Notes under the pieces: generated by a model
What the model was told of the DNA's origin: nothing
What the model saw: the letters and a program-made list of their open reading frames with translations, nothing else
The model's database searches: none
Made by a program: the position numbers and the translations under genes
NCBI GenBank assembly: GCA_028818775.1
Contig: JAPPNE010000052.1
Span: 66,697-130,696 of the forward strand
DNA: 64,000 nt
Reading direction: 5' to 3'
DNA from: Deltaproteobacteria bacterium
GTDB taxonomy: Bacteria; Desulfobacterota; Binatia; UBA9968; JAJDTQ01
Shown: positions 20,557-30,738 of the stretch, in pieces
How the letters are laid out: each line of letters starts with the position of its first letter
Position numbering within the stretch: position 1 is the first letter of the stretch

Positions 20557-21591
20557 TTGAAAGCGGTACAGATCTACGAGCACGGCGGCGCCGACAAGCT
20601 GTGCTACGAGGACGCGCCGGATCCGGTCTTGCGCTCGCCGCGGGACGTGATCGTGCGCCTGCGGGCCGCGTCCCTGAACCACATCGACCTGTGGAACCGC
20701 AAGGGGTTGACCGGGATGAAGGTGGAGTTCCCGCACATCCTCGGCGCCGACGGCGCGGGCGTGGTGGAGGAGGTGGGGAGCGAGGTCACCCACGCCAGGA
20801 AGGGCGACGCGGTGTGTCTCTATCCCCCGGTGGGGTGCGGCGCCTGCGACTTCTGTCACACGGACCGGGACTTCATGTGCGTGCGCTTGCGCGTTCTCGG
20901 CGAGGGCATGAAGGGATCGTACGCCGAATACGTGACGATTCCCGGCGACAACTGCTTCCCCATCCCCGAGGGCTACGGGTTCGAGGACGCCGCGGCGTTT
21001 CCGTTGGTGTTCGTGACGGTGTGGCGCATGCTCGTGACCAACGCGCGCCTCGCGCCTGGAGAAAAGGTGCTGATCCTGGGCATCGGCGGCGGCGTGGCCA
21101 TTGCCGCGCTGCAGATCGCCAAGGCCATGAACGCCTGGGTGGCGGTGACCTCGAGCAGCGACGAGAAGCTCGCGCGCGCCCAGAGCCTGGGGGCGGACTA
21201 CGGCTTGAACTACACCCAGCGCGACTTCACCCGCGAGATCCGCGACGTCACCGGCAAACGGGGCGTGGACGTGGTGGTGGACTGCGTGGGCGGCGATAGC
21301 TGGGCCAAGAGTCTCGCCTCCCTCGTCAAGGGAGGACGGCTCGTGACCTGCGGCGCCACCACCGGCGCCACCCCGCCCACGGACATCCGCCGGATCTTCT
21401 GGAACCACCTGAGCATCTTCGGGTCGACCCTGGGGAGCCGCGAAGAGTTCGAGCAGGTGCTGCGCTTCGTCGAAGCCGCGAAGGTCGAGCCGGTCATCGA
21501 CCGGAGCTTCCCCCTGGCCGAAGCGGCCGCGGCACAGACCCGGCTGGAGACCGGAAAGCAGTTCGGCAAGATCATCCTGTTGCCGGGGTAG
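20557..21591 (+). CDS. Zinc-binding alcohol dehydrogenase / quinone oxidoreductase (MDR family)
   Basis: The MDR catalytic-domain pattern (GADGAGVVEEVGSEV…CGACDFC) and the Rossmann segment LILGIGGGVAIAALQIAK are present. Length is 344 aa. Confidence 0.7.
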   Translation: MKAVQIYEHGGADKLCYEDAPDPVLRSPRDVIVRLRAASLNHIDLWNRKGLTGMKVEFPHILGADGAGVVEEVGSEVTHARKGDAVCLYPPVGCGACDFCHTDRDFMCVRLRVLGEGMKGSYAEYVTIPGDNCFPIPEGYGFEDAAAFPLVFVTVWRMLVTNARLAPGEKVLILGIGGGVAIAALQIAKAMNAWVAVTSSSDEKLARAQSLGADYGLNYTQRDFTREIRDVTGKRGVDVVVDCVGGDSWAKSLASLVKGGRLVTCGATTGATPPTDIRRIFWNHLSIFGSTLGSREEFEQVLRFVEAAKVEPVIDRSFPLAEAAAAQTRLETGKQFGKIILLPG

Positions 21592-21597
21592 TGGCCT

Positions 21598-22158
21598 GTG
21601 CGCATCATCGGCGGCAGCGCGCGCGGCAGAAGAATAGCGGCGCCCAAGGGAAGCGCCATCCGCCCCACCGCCGACCGGGTGCGGGAGGCGCTGTTCAACA
21701 TCCTGCCGCGGGATCTCGCCGGGAAGCGGGTGCTGGATCTCTTCGCCGGCAGCGGCAGCCTGTCCCTGGAGGCCCTCAGCCGGGGCGCCGAGTCCGCGCT
21801 GCTGGTGGACGAATCGGAGGCGGCGGCGAAGCTGATCCGCCGCAACGTGGATGCGCTGGGTTTCGCGGACCGGGCGCGGATCTGGAAGCACCCGGTGGGG
21901 CGGGCGTTGAGCCGGCTGGCGGACGAGGGTGCGGCGTACGACGCGATCTTTCTCGACCCTCCCTATGACGGCGGTTGGGTGGGAAAGACTCTGGCCGCGG
22001 TCGCAAGGGCCGGGACCCTCCAGGCGGAGGGCGTCGCCGTGGCCGAGCACAGTCCGCGGGAGCGGGTGGAAGAGCAATACGGTCCACTGGCGTGCCGGGA
22101 CCGCCGGCAATACGGCGATACGGTGCTGTCCTTCTTCGGGATCGACAACCAAGGTTAG
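21598..22158 (+). CDS. rsmD: 16S rRNA (guanine966-N2)-methyltransferase
   Basis: MRIIGGSARGRRIAAPKGSAIRPTADRVREALFNIL…VLDLFAGSGSLSLEALSRGA…IFLDPPY matches RsmD. It is followed by coaD, the conserved gene pair. Confidence 0.8.
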   Translation: MRIIGGSARGRRIAAPKGSAIRPTADRVREALFNILPRDLAGKRVLDLFAGSGSLSLEALSRGAESALLVDESEAAAKLIRRNVDALGFADRARIWKHPVGRALSRLADEGAAYDAIFLDPPYDGGWVGKTLAAVARAGTLQAEGVAVAEHSPRERVEEQYGPLACRDRRQYGDTVLSFFGIDNQG

Positions 22159-22167
22159 GTTCTTCAC

Positions 22168-22662
22168 ATGGCTGAAACCAGCATAGCGGTCTACCCCGGG
22201 TCCTTCGACCCCATCACCAACGGACACATCGACCTGGTGCGCCGGACACTCCGGATCTTCGACCAGGTGATCATCGCCATCGCGTACAACCAGGACAAGG
22301 GGCGCACCCTGTTCACGGTGGAGGAACGCATGGCCACCGTGCGCAAGGTCTTCGAGTCCGAGGAGCGCGTGCGCGTGGACAGCTTCCAGGGCCTGCTCGT
22401 GGACTACGCCGAGGCGGTCTCCGCCAAGGTGGTCATCCGGGGGCTGCGCGCCGTCTCCGACTTCGAGTACGAGTTCCAGATGGCCACCATGAACCGCCGG
22501 CTGAAGCCGAACATCGAGACCTTCTTCATGATGACCAGCGAGTCGTCCTTCTACATCAGCTCCCGGCTGGTCAAGGAGGTCGCCGGGCTGGGCGGGGACG
22601 TGGCCGCGTTCGTCCCCGAGGTGGTGCTCGATCAACTCCTGGAGAAGTTCCCCCGGCCGTAA
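22168..22662 (+). CDS. coaD: Phosphopantetheine adenylyltransferase
   Basis: IAVYPGSFDPITNGHIDLVRR…IRGLRAVSDFEYEFQMATMNRRL is canonical CoaD. Confidence 0.9.
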   Translation: MAETSIAVYPGSFDPITNGHIDLVRRTLRIFDQVIIAIAYNQDKGRTLFTVEERMATVRKVFESEERVRVDSFQGLLVDYAEAVSAKVVIRGLRAVSDFEYEFQMATMNRRLKPNIETFFMMTSESSFYISSRLVKEVAGLGGDVAAFVPEVVLDQLLEKFPRP

Positions 22663-22696
22663 CCGGCCCTGATCCAGGCTCCCGCCCCGGCTCCGG

Positions 22697-22725
22697 TTGA
22701 CACCGCCATACCAACGGGCTACAAC
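22697..22725 (+). promoter_or_regulatory. Candidate promoter for the tRNA gene
   Basis: TTGACA (22697-22702) is followed by a 17-nt spacer and TACAAC (22720-22725). The element ends 5 nt before the predicted tRNA 5' end. Confidence 0.35.
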
Positions 22726-22730
22726 CATCC

Positions 22731-22807
22731 TGCGGGGTGGAGCAGCCCGGTAGCTCGCAAGGCTCATAACCTTGAGGTCGGTGGTTCAAATCCACCCCCC
22801 GCATCCA
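22731..22807 (+). tRNA. tRNA with CAT anticodon (elongator tRNA-Met type; tRNA-Ile2/lysidine not excluded), CCA encoded
   Basis: The cloverleaf was folded by hand. It has a 7-bp acceptor stem (TGCGGGG/CCCCGCA), U8, and a D-arm (GAGC-AGCCCGGTA-GCTC). The anticodon stem is CAAGG/CCTTG with loop CTCATAA, and the T-arm is GGTGG-TTCAAAT-CCACC. It lacks initiator features (no 1:72 mismatch, no GGG/CCC anticodon stem). Confidence 0.75.
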
Positions 22808-22856
22808 CGCCGCTCACGGGCTACACCACACACTCTCACGTCACTCACGTCATGCC

Positions 22857-23609
22857 ATGAAAGTACACGAACGCGTCCTTACGCCTGAAAGAGACGGCAT
22901 CTACGGTTATCTGGCCGCGCCGGAGCGGGACACGCCGGGGCCGGCGCTGCTCATGACGCACCAGAACACCGGCGTCACCGACTACATCAAGATCGAGGCG
23001 CTGAAGTTCGCCCACCTGGGCTACACCGTGGTGATCCCGGACCTGTACTCGATGCTGGGCTATCCCGACGTGACCCACATCCACACGGGCCGGCAGATCC
23101 AGGCGCGCACCAAGGACGGGGAATTCGTGCGGGTCATCCGGCAGGGCTGGGACTATCTCACCTCGCGGAGCGACGTGGACGCTGGCCGCGTGGCCGTGTC
23201 CGGGTACTGCATGGGCGGGCGCATCGCCATCCACTTCGTCGCCGAGACCCCCGAGGTGCGGGCCTTCGTCGGCTACTACCCCACGATCCGCGACGAACCC
23301 GCCACGGAGATCAGGCCGGTGCATCCCTGCGACAACGCGCGCAAGTTCAAGTGTCCGTCCATCATCCTCTACGGCGTCGACGACCGCATCTCCACCGTGC
23401 CCATCCAGCAGCGGGTGTGGGAGAGCTTCCTCGCCAACGGGCAGCCGCTGGAGTGGCATTTCTTCCCCTTCGGCGGCCACGGCTTCGTGGACCCCGGCAC
23501 TGAAGGGTACCATCCCCATGCCGCCAAGCTTTCCTTTCCCCTGGTGGTGGACTTCATGGCCCGGGAGCTCGACCACGATGCCGACGGCCTGACGTTCTCG
23601 GAAAACTGA
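22857..23609 (+). CDS. Dienelactone hydrolase family protein (alpha/beta hydrolase)
   Basis: The nucleophile elbow GYCMGG and an overall DLH-like pattern are present. Length is 250 aa. Confidence 0.55.
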   Translation: MKVHERVLTPERDGIYGYLAAPERDTPGPALLMTHQNTGVTDYIKIEALKFAHLGYTVVIPDLYSMLGYPDVTHIHTGRQIQARTKDGEFVRVIRQGWDYLTSRSDVDAGRVAVSGYCMGGRIAIHFVAETPEVRAFVGYYPTIRDEPATEIRPVHPCDNARKFKCPSIILYGVDDRISTVPIQQRVWESFLANGQPLEWHFFPFGGHGFVDPGTEGYHPHAAKLSFPLVVDFMARELDHDADGLTFSEN

Positions 23610-23637
23610 ACCTCCAACTCCTGTTTCCGGAGCGGGT

Positions 23638-24702
23638 ATGCGGCACCTTGTCACCGGACTCACGATCTTCGACGAGGCCCGCGCAACGCCGGGCTACACG
23701 ATCTTCAGCCCCCTCGGACGGAAGGCCACACACCTGATCGACTTGCACGGCCGGGTCGTCCATGAATGGCGCCTGCCGGGCTTTGCCGGACTGTACGCCC
23801 ACCTGTTGCCCAACGGGAACCTGCTGGCCGCGGTTCAGACCACCGACGGCCCGAGCGGCTTGCGCGGCAAGGCCGGACACATTCTGGAACTCGACTGGGA
23901 CGGAAACATCGTCTGGGAGCACGTGGACCCGTTCCACCACCACGACCAGCGGCGCCGCGCCAACGGCAACACCGTCTACGCGTCGTGGAAGCTGATGTCC
24001 GACGAGCAGGCGCGGCGTGTGAAGGGTGGACGCGAGGGGTCCGAGCACGCCGACGGCATCTACGGCGACGTGCTGCGCGAGATCGACCGCGACGGCAATC
24101 CGGTATGGGAATGGGAGGCCGCCTCATCCGAGGAGATGTACCGCCATCCCATCAATCCCATCTGCGCGCGCGTCGAGTTCTGCCATGCCAACTCCGTGTG
24201 GCCGCTGGACAACGGCGACCTGCTGGTGAACTTCCGGTACAACCACCTGATGGCGGTCATCGACCGGGAGACAAAGGCGTTCAAGTGGGAACACTGTGAC
24301 TGGTCCTACGGCCAGCAGCACAACGTGCACATGCTGGACAACGGCAACCTGCTGTTCTTCGCCAACGGCGCGGACGTGCTCTACGGCGGGCCGGGCGCGG
24401 GGTCGCGCGTCATCGAGCTGGATCCCGCCACCAGGGAGATCGTCTGGCAGTATCAGGGCTCGCCGCCGGGGACTTTCTTCAGTTGGTTCATCAGCGGCGC
24501 GCAGCGGCTCGCTTCGGGCAACACGTTGATCTGCGAGGGTGTCTGGGGGCGGTTCTTCGAGGTCACACCGGCCGGCGAAATCGTGTGGGAGTACGTCTCG
24601 CCGTATTTCTCCGAAGAGCATCCGAGCTACAAGGGAGGCAACTACGTCTTCCGCGCCTACCGCTACGCCGCGGATTCGCCGGAGATCGCCGGACGAATCT
24701 AG
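23638..24702 (+). CDS. Arylsulfotransferase (ASST)-family beta-propeller protein
   Basis: Repeated LPNGNLL / LDNGDLL / LDNGNLL blade motifs with WE/WQ pairs resemble the ASST/PQQ-like propeller family. Length is 354 aa. Confidence 0.45.
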   Translation: MRHLVTGLTIFDEARATPGYTIFSPLGRKATHLIDLHGRVVHEWRLPGFAGLYAHLLPNGNLLAAVQTTDGPSGLRGKAGHILELDWDGNIVWEHVDPFHHHDQRRRANGNTVYASWKLMSDEQARRVKGGREGSEHADGIYGDVLREIDRDGNPVWEWEAASSEEMYRHPINPICARVEFCHANSVWPLDNGDLLVNFRYNHLMAVIDRETKAFKWEHCDWSYGQQHNVHMLDNGNLLFFANGADVLYGGPGAGSRVIELDPATREIVWQYQGSPPGTFFSWFISGAQRLASGNTLICEGVWGRFFEVTPAGEIVWEYVSPYFSEEHPSYKGGNYVFRAYRYAADSPEIAGRI

Positions 24703-24736
24703 CCGGAGTCCGGCGCGGCGTTGGGGGGTGACGAGC

Positions 24737-25942
24737 ATGGAGCAACTCAAGACGATCCCCAACGGGGAGAAGGTCCAGCCGACTTTCTCGGCCAGCGAGA
24801 TGAATCGCCGGCTGGCGGCCCTGCGCACCCACATGGCCGAGAGGCAGATCGACGTCTGCCTCTTCACCTCGCACCACAACATCCACTACTTCAGCGACTT
24901 CCTCTACTGCTCCTTCGGGCGCCCCTACGGCCTGGTGGTCACGCACGAGGGCCAGACCACGATCTCGGCCAACATCGACGCCGGTCAACCCTGGCGGCGC
25001 ACGTTCGGCGACAACCTCGTCTATACGGACTGGCACCGGGACAACTACTTCGTAGCGGTGAAACGGCTGATTCAGGACGGCTGCCGGGTCGGCATCGAGT
25101 TCGACCACGTCACCGCGGAAAACCTGCGCAAGCTCCAGGGCGCGTTGCCCACGGCGGAGCTGGTGGACGTGAGCAAGCCGGCCATGCGCATGCGCATGGT
25201 CAAGTCGGACGAGGAGATCGCCTGGATCCGCGGGAGCGCGCGCATCGCGGATATCGGCGGCGGCGCCTGCGTCGAAGCCGTCGGGGTCGGCGTGCCGGAG
25301 TACGAGGTGGCCCTGCACGCGACCCAGGCCATGGTGCGCGAGATCGGCAGGAGTCAGCCTCACGTGGAGCTGATGGATACGTGGACCTGGTTCCAGTCGG
25401 GCATCAACACCGACGGCGCCCACAACCCGGTCACCTCGCGGAAGATCGAGCGCGGCGACATCCTGAGCCTGAACTGCTTTCCCATGCCCGCCGGCTACTA
25501 CACGGCGCTCGAGCGTACGCTGTTCGCCGAGGAGTGCTCGGACGCGCACCTGCGATTGTGGAAGATCAACGTCGAGGTGCACGAAGCCGGGATCGGTCTC
25601 ATCAAGCCCGGGGTGCGTTGCTGCGACATCGCCGCCGAGCTCAACACGATCTACGAGCGCTACGGTCTGCTCGAAAACCGCACCTTCGGCTACGGTCACA
25701 GCTTCGGCGTGTTGAGCCACTACTACGGCCGCGAGGCCGGTCTCGAGCTTCGCGAGGACGTCACGACCGTGCTGGAGCCCAACATGGTGGTGTCCATGGA
25801 GCCGATGATCATGATACCCGAGGGCCGGCCCGGCGCCGGCGGCTACCGGGAACATGACATCCTGGTGGTGACGGAGGACGGCTCCGAGGACATCACCGGG
25901 TTTCCCTACGGGCCGGAGCACAACATCATACGCCGGCGTTGA
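24737..25942 (+). CDS. M24-family metallopeptidase (creatinase / Xaa-Pro aminopeptidase-like)
   Basis: From ATG 24737: a creatinase-type N-domain precedes the pita-bread C-domain, which carries a HSFGV…EPNMVVSMEP metal-ligand pattern. The table ORF start at 24539 lies in a Ser/Arg-rich, out-of-character leader. Confidence 0.6.
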   Translation: MEQLKTIPNGEKVQPTFSASEMNRRLAALRTHMAERQIDVCLFTSHHNIHYFSDFLYCSFGRPYGLVVTHEGQTTISANIDAGQPWRRTFGDNLVYTDWHRDNYFVAVKRLIQDGCRVGIEFDHVTAENLRKLQGALPTAELVDVSKPAMRMRMVKSDEEIAWIRGSARIADIGGGACVEAVGVGVPEYEVALHATQAMVREIGRSQPHVELMDTWTWFQSGINTDGAHNPVTSRKIERGDILSLNCFPMPAGYYTALERTLFAEECSDAHLRLWKINVEVHEAGIGLIKPGVRCCDIAAELNTIYERYGLLENRTFGYGHSFGVLSHYYGREAGLELREDVTTVLEPNMVVSMEPMIMIPEGRPGAGGYREHDILVVTEDGSEDITGFPYGPEHNIIRRR

Positions 25943-26156
25943 AGCGGGCCCCGGCGTCGTGCTCGCCGCGGCGACCACGGGGACCGGACACCCTTCGGTC
26001 GCTGGTCGTCCTGTCCGGTACGGGGTTGTCGTTCAGCCAAGCCTGGTATATGGTTTTTCCTTCATTGCAACGGACCGAGTTGGCGAAGTGTGACTCCCCG
26101 GTCACGCCGCGCCGGGTCCGTTCGGCCCGTGCGTTCCTCCGGGGCGCCGTATTCGT

Positions 26157-27272
26157 ATGGTTGAGACCAAGCCCAGGATAGTCAGGTTCGAACGCGTTCA
26201 GAAGAGTTACGACGGCGAGACCTTGGTCATCAAGGATCTCAATCTGGACATAGAAGCGGGCGAGTTCCTGACCATGTTGGGCCCTTCCGGGTCGGGCAAG
26301 ACCACCTGCCTGATGATGCTGGCCGGGTTCGAGCCGGCGACTTACGGCGAAATCTATCTCAACGATCAGCCCATCAACCATGTCGCGCCGCACCGGCGCA
26401 GCATCGGCATGGTGTTCCAGAACTACGCGTTGTTCCCGCACATGACGGTGGCCGAGAACCTGGCGTTCCCCTTGCAGGTGCGCAAGGTTCCCAAGCCGGA
26501 CATCCGCGTCAAGGTGGAGCGGATACTCGACATGGTCCGTTTGTCCGGCTTCGAGAGCCGCCGGCCCGCGCAGCTCTCCGGCGGCCAGCAGCAGCGCGTG
26601 GCGGTGGCGCGGGCGCTCGTTTTCGAGCCGGCGCTGGTCTTGATGGATGAGCCTCTCGGTGCACTGGACAAGAACCTGCGCGAGGAAATGCAGTACGAGA
26701 TCAAGCGCATCCACGAGAATCTCGGCGTCACCGTGATCTACGTGACCCACGATCAATCCGAGGCGCTGACCATGTCCAGCCGTATCGCGGTCTTCAACGA
26801 CGGCGTCATCCAGCAGTTGGCCACGCCCAGCGTTCTCTACGAAGAGCCGGAGAATGCTTTCGTGGCGCAATTCATCGGCGAGAACAACCGCCTGCGGGGC
26901 AAGGTGGCATCCGTTGACGGGGACTATTGCGAGGTGGTGCTTCGGGATGGGGCGACGGTTCGTGCCCTGAAGGTCAACGTGAGCGGCAAAGGGGCGTCAA
27001 CCTGCCTGTCCCTGCGCCCTGAGCGGGTCGCCATCGAACCCAATGGACAGGCCGAGGAGAACGTCGTCAACGGTCGCGTGGAGGAGTTGATCTATCTGGG
27101 GGACCACATCCGCGCCCGGCTGACCGTGGCCGGAGAGGAAGAGTTCATCGTCAAGGTGCCCAACGCTCCTCACCATGCCTCCCTTTCGAAAGGCACGTGG
27201 ATTCAACTCTCCTGGGCCCCCGAGGATTGCAGGGCGCTCGATGCGTCCGGGAAGGAGGCCGCTCCCGCGTGA
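26157..27272 (+). CDS. ABC transporter ATP-binding protein (PotA-like)
   Basis: Walker A GPSGSGKTT, signature LSGGQQQRVAVARAL, Walker B LVLMDEPLGALD, and a C-terminal TOBE-like domain are present. Confidence 0.85.
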   Translation: MVETKPRIVRFERVQKSYDGETLVIKDLNLDIEAGEFLTMLGPSGSGKTTCLMMLAGFEPATYGEIYLNDQPINHVAPHRRSIGMVFQNYALFPHMTVAENLAFPLQVRKVPKPDIRVKVERILDMVRLSGFESRRPAQLSGGQQQRVAVARALVFEPALVLMDEPLGALDKNLREEMQYEIKRIHENLGVTVIYVTHDQSEALTMSSRIAVFNDGVIQQLATPSVLYEEPENAFVAQFIGENNRLRGKVASVDGDYCEVVLRDGATVRALKVNVSGKGASTCLSLRPERVAIEPNGQAEENVVNGRVEELIYLGDHIRARLTVAGEEEFIVKVPNAPHHASLSKGTWIQLSWAPEDCRALDASGKEAAPA

Positions 27273-27366
27273 CCGGGTTCCCGGGGATTCGTCCCGCGGA
27301 AGGGAAGCGGCAGACAAGGGACGTCCCGTCAACCAACGACAGGGACAACAGCATTGGAGGAAATCG

Positions 27367-28470
27367 ATGAAGCGAATACTGAGTTCCTTGGCAATCGCGG
27401 CAGCGTTCGTGCTGGCGGCCGGCAGCGCCCACGCCCAGAGTCTGAACGTCGTGTCGTGGGGTGGGGCGTATACGGCCAGCCAGCAGCAGGCCTACCACGA
27501 CCCTTACATGGCGGCGAACCCGGGCGTGAAGATCGTCAATCACGATCTGGGGTCCGGGGCGTTGGCGAAGCTGAGGGCCGAAGTCGAATCCGGCAAGGTG
27601 ACGTTGGACCTCATCGACATGACCGCCGCCGATGCCATCGTCGCTTGTGACGAAGGGCTGGTGGAGCCCATCGAGCCCGACACCTGGCTGGCCGCGGCTC
27701 CCGACGGCACGCCGGCATCCAAGGACTTCTTTGCCGGCACCCTCACGGTTGGGGGAACCAACTGCTTCATTCCGCAAATCGTCTACTCGACGACCTTCGG
27801 CTACCGCACGGATGCCTTCAAGGGCAAGCAGCCCTCCAGCCTGCTCGACGTGTTCGACTTGAAGGCGTTTCCCGGCAAGAGGGCGCTGGAGAAGAGGCCG
27901 AACAACAACATGGAATGGGCCCTTGTCGCCGACGGCGTTCCGGCCAAGGACGTTTACAAGATGCTGAGCACCGACGAGGGCGTGGCCCGCGCGTTCGCCA
28001 AGCTGGATACCATCAAGGACCAGGTCGTCTGGTGGACAAAGGGGGCTCAGCCGCCGCAGTTGCTGGCGGACGGCGAGGTCGTGATCGCGTCGGCGTACAA
28101 CGGCCGGCTGTTCTCCGCCATCGTTGAAAAGAAGCAGCCGATCGCCATCGTGTGGGACTGGCAGGCTTTTGATCTGGACGGATGGGTGGTGCCGAAAGGC
28201 GGCAGGAATATCGCCGCGGTGAAGAAATACGTGCGTTTCGCCACGGACACGCAAAGGCTGGCCGACCAGGCCAAGTACATTTCCTACGGGCCCGCGCGCC
28301 ACTCTTCCGCCGGTCTGGTGGGCAAGCACGCGAAGCTCGGCGTCGACATGAAGCCGCACATGCCCACGAGCCCCGAAAATTCCAAGACCGTCCTCATTTC
28401 CGACTATGTCTGGTGGGCGGACCATCAGGCCGAACTCAACGACAAGTTCAACGCCTGGCTCGCCAAGTAG
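27367..28470 (+). CDS. ABC transporter periplasmic substrate-binding protein (family 1, PotD/PotF-like)
   Basis: ATG 27367 starts the signal peptide MKRILSSLAIAAAFVLAAGSAHA|QS. The SBP_bac_1-like pattern (VVSWGGAYTASQ…) follows. The table ORF start at 27175 overlaps the upstream gene. Confidence 0.7.
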   Translation: MKRILSSLAIAAAFVLAAGSAHAQSLNVVSWGGAYTASQQQAYHDPYMAANPGVKIVNHDLGSGALAKLRAEVESGKVTLDLIDMTAADAIVACDEGLVEPIEPDTWLAAAPDGTPASKDFFAGTLTVGGTNCFIPQIVYSTTFGYRTDAFKGKQPSSLLDVFDLKAFPGKRALEKRPNNNMEWALVADGVPAKDVYKMLSTDEGVARAFAKLDTIKDQVVWWTKGAQPPQLLADGEVVIASAYNGRLFSAIVEKKQPIAIVWDWQAFDLDGWVVPKGGRNIAAVKKYVRFATDTQRLADQAKYISYGPARHSSAGLVGKHAKLGVDMKPHMPTSPENSKTVLISDYVWWADHQAELNDKFNAWLAK

Positions 28471-28551
28471 GCATCGTCTCGCCGGGCGGGGGCCAGGAGT
28501 GCTCCCGCCCGGCAAGCTTCTCCCGCTTGACCCAACCCACGGCCGATCCGC

Positions 28552-29814
28552 ATGCCCACGCCAACCGACGATGTGATGCGTACCGCGGACGGCACGCCGC
28601 TGAAGATCAGCCTTCAGAGGGCATTGGTACGCAGCAGGCTGCGAGCGCTGCTGCTCGTGCTGCCGCTGTTGGCCTTTGTGCTGGTCTTCTTCCTGTTCCC
28701 CATCGGCCACATGCTGTTTCGCAGCGTCGACAACCGGATCGTCGGGTCCGTGTTGCCGCGCACGACCGTGGCCATACAGGACTGGGATCCCGATCGAGCG
28801 AAGTTGCCCGACGAGGCCGTCTTCGAAGCCCTGGTGCGCGACATTCAGACGGCCTTCAAGGACAGGACACTGGGCCGTGTCGGCCGCCGGCTGAACTACG
28901 AGAAGCCCGGCATGTCGAGCCTGTTCAGGAAATCGGGCAGGCGCGCGGCGCGCATCACCGGGGCTCCCTACCGGGACCGGATGATCGCCATCGACAAGCG
29001 TTGGGGAGACCCGAGCACCTGGCGCCTGATCCATCGGGAGTCGGGCGCGTTGACCAACGCCTACTTCCTCGCCGCCGTCGACCTGAAACTGAGTGAGCGC
29101 GGCGCCATCGTCAGGCAGCCGGAGCCGCGCCGGATCTACCTGACGCTGTTCTACCGGACTCTATGGATGAGCGGGCTGATCACCGTGCTGTGCCTGCTGC
29201 TAGGCTACCCCGTCTCCTACCTGCTGGCCACGTTGCCGCTCCGCGTCAGCAATCTGCTGATGATCCTTGTCCTGTTGCCGTTCTGGACGTCCCTGCTCGT
29301 GCGCACCACGGCCTGGATCGCGCTCTTGCAGACCGAGGGCGTGCTGAACGACATCATGGTGTTTGCCGGGGTCCTGTCCGAAGACGGCCGGCTGCAGATG
29401 ATCCACAACAAGTTCGGCACGGTCGTGGCGATGGTTCACATCCTGCTGCCGTTCATGATCCTGCCGCTCTACTCCGTGATGAAGACGATTCCTCCGTCCT
29501 TGATGCGCGCCGCCCGCTCGCTCGGCGCGACACCCTTCACCGCGTTTGTAAGGGTGTACATGCCCAATACGGTGGCGGGCGTCGGGGCCGGTTGCATCAT
29601 GGTGTTCATACTTTCCATCGGGTACTACATCACGCCGGCGCTGGTGGGAGGCCGCACCGGCACCTTCATCTCCAATTTCATCGCCTTGCACGTCGGTGAA
29701 ACGCTGAACTGGGGCCTGGCCGCCGCGCTCGGGGCCCTGTTGCTCGGTCTGGTCTTGGCACTCTACCTGATCTACGACCGGATCGTGGGCGTCGACAACA
29801 TGAAGCTTGGTTGA
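28552..29814 (+). CDS. ABC transporter permease (PotB-like) with an unusually long periplasmic loop after TM1
   Basis: TM1 is LLLVLPLLAFVLVFFLFPI, followed by ~140 hydrophilic residues and then five TMs including the EAA-like region (RAARSLGATPFTAFVRVYMPN). Confidence 0.7.
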   Translation: MPTPTDDVMRTADGTPLKISLQRALVRSRLRALLLVLPLLAFVLVFFLFPIGHMLFRSVDNRIVGSVLPRTTVAIQDWDPDRAKLPDEAVFEALVRDIQTAFKDRTLGRVGRRLNYEKPGMSSLFRKSGRRAARITGAPYRDRMIAIDKRWGDPSTWRLIHRESGALTNAYFLAAVDLKLSERGAIVRQPEPRRIYLTLFYRTLWMSGLITVLCLLLGYPVSYLLATLPLRVSNLLMILVLLPFWTSLLVRTTAWIALLQTEGVLNDIMVFAGVLSEDGRLQMIHNKFGTVVAMVHILLPFMILPLYSVMKTIPPSLMRAARSLGATPFTAFVRVYMPNTVAGVGAGCIMVFILSIGYYITPALVGGRTGTFISNFIALHVGETLNWGLAAALGALLLGLVLALYLIYDRIVGVDNMKLG

Positions 29815-30674
29815 GCCTTTCCATGCCGCTGCCGACATACGCATCGCCGCTGGAGAGGGCATGGCACTACGCGTACCGCGTGATCTGTGCCGTCATCTTC
29901 GTGTTTCTGATCGGCCCCATCTTCGTGATCATCCCGTTGAGCTTCAACGAGCTGCCCTACTTCACCTTCACCCCGGAAATGCTGTCCCTGGATCCCGCCG
30001 GCTACAGCACCAAGTGGTACCGCGAGTTCTTCACCGAGGCTTCCTGGCAGGACGCGGTGTGGAACAGCCTCGTCATAGCCGTCTTCGCGACGCTGATCTC
30101 GACAGTTCTCGGAACATTGGCGGCTCTCGGGCTGAGCCGGTCCGAGATGCCGTTCAAGACGGCCTTCATGGCGCTCTTGATATCCCCGATGATCGTGCCG
30201 TTGATCATCTCGGCCACGGGCATGTACTTCTTCTATGCGCTCATCGGAATCTCGTCGACGCACCTGGGCGTCATCCTCGCCCACGCGGCGCTGGGCACGC
30301 CGTTCGTGCTGATCACGGTGACCGCCACACTGGCCGGTTTCGATCATTCCCTGCCCCAGGTCGCGGCCACCCTCGGGGCCAATCCCGTCCAGACGTTCTT
30401 CAAGGTGACGATGCCGCTGATTCTTCCCGGCGTGGTGTCCGGCGCCCTGTTCGCCTTCATCACGTCGTTCGACGAAGTGGTCGTGGTGCTTTTCGTCGGT
30501 TCCGTGGAGCAGCGCACCATCCCGTGGAAGATGTTCTCGGGCATCCGCGAAGAGATCCGCCCGACCATCCTCGCGGTAGCCACGCTTCTCGTCTGCGTCT
30601 CGATACTCCTCTTGACGACCCTCGAGCTGTTGCGCCGCCGCGGCGAACGGCTGCGCGGCATCCGGCCGAGTTGA
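29811..30674 (+). CDS. ABC transporter permease (PotC-like)
   Basis: Six predicted TMs and the EAA motif region (VAATLGANPVQTFFKVTMPLILPG) are present. It overlaps the upstream permease by 4 nt. ATG 29823 is an alternative start. Confidence 0.75.
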   Translation: MSLSMPLPTYASPLERAWHYAYRVICAVIFVFLIGPIFVIIPLSFNELPYFTFTPEMLSLDPAGYSTKWYREFFTEASWQDAVWNSLVIAVFATLISTVLGTLAALGLSRSEMPFKTAFMALLISPMIVPLIISATGMYFFYALIGISSTHLGVILAHAALGTPFVLITVTATLAGFDHSLPQVAATLGANPVQTFFKVTMPLILPGVVSGALFAFITSFDEVVVVLFVGSVEQRTIPWKMFSGIREEIRPTILAVATLLVCVSILLLTTLELLRRRGERLRGIRPS

Positions 30675-30738
30675 GACAGAGTTCGTCATTCCAGCGAACA
30701 GGCTGTACCAACACTCGTTGAGCACGGACCCCTCTTGA

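Noticed and set aside
20449-22767. A 772-aa minus-strand ORF spanning the alcohol dehydrogenase, rsmD and coaD genes
   Set aside because: It is antisense to three well-supported plus-strand genes. It has Arg/Gly/Pro-rich composition typical of a GC-rich antisense frame and no recognisable motifs.
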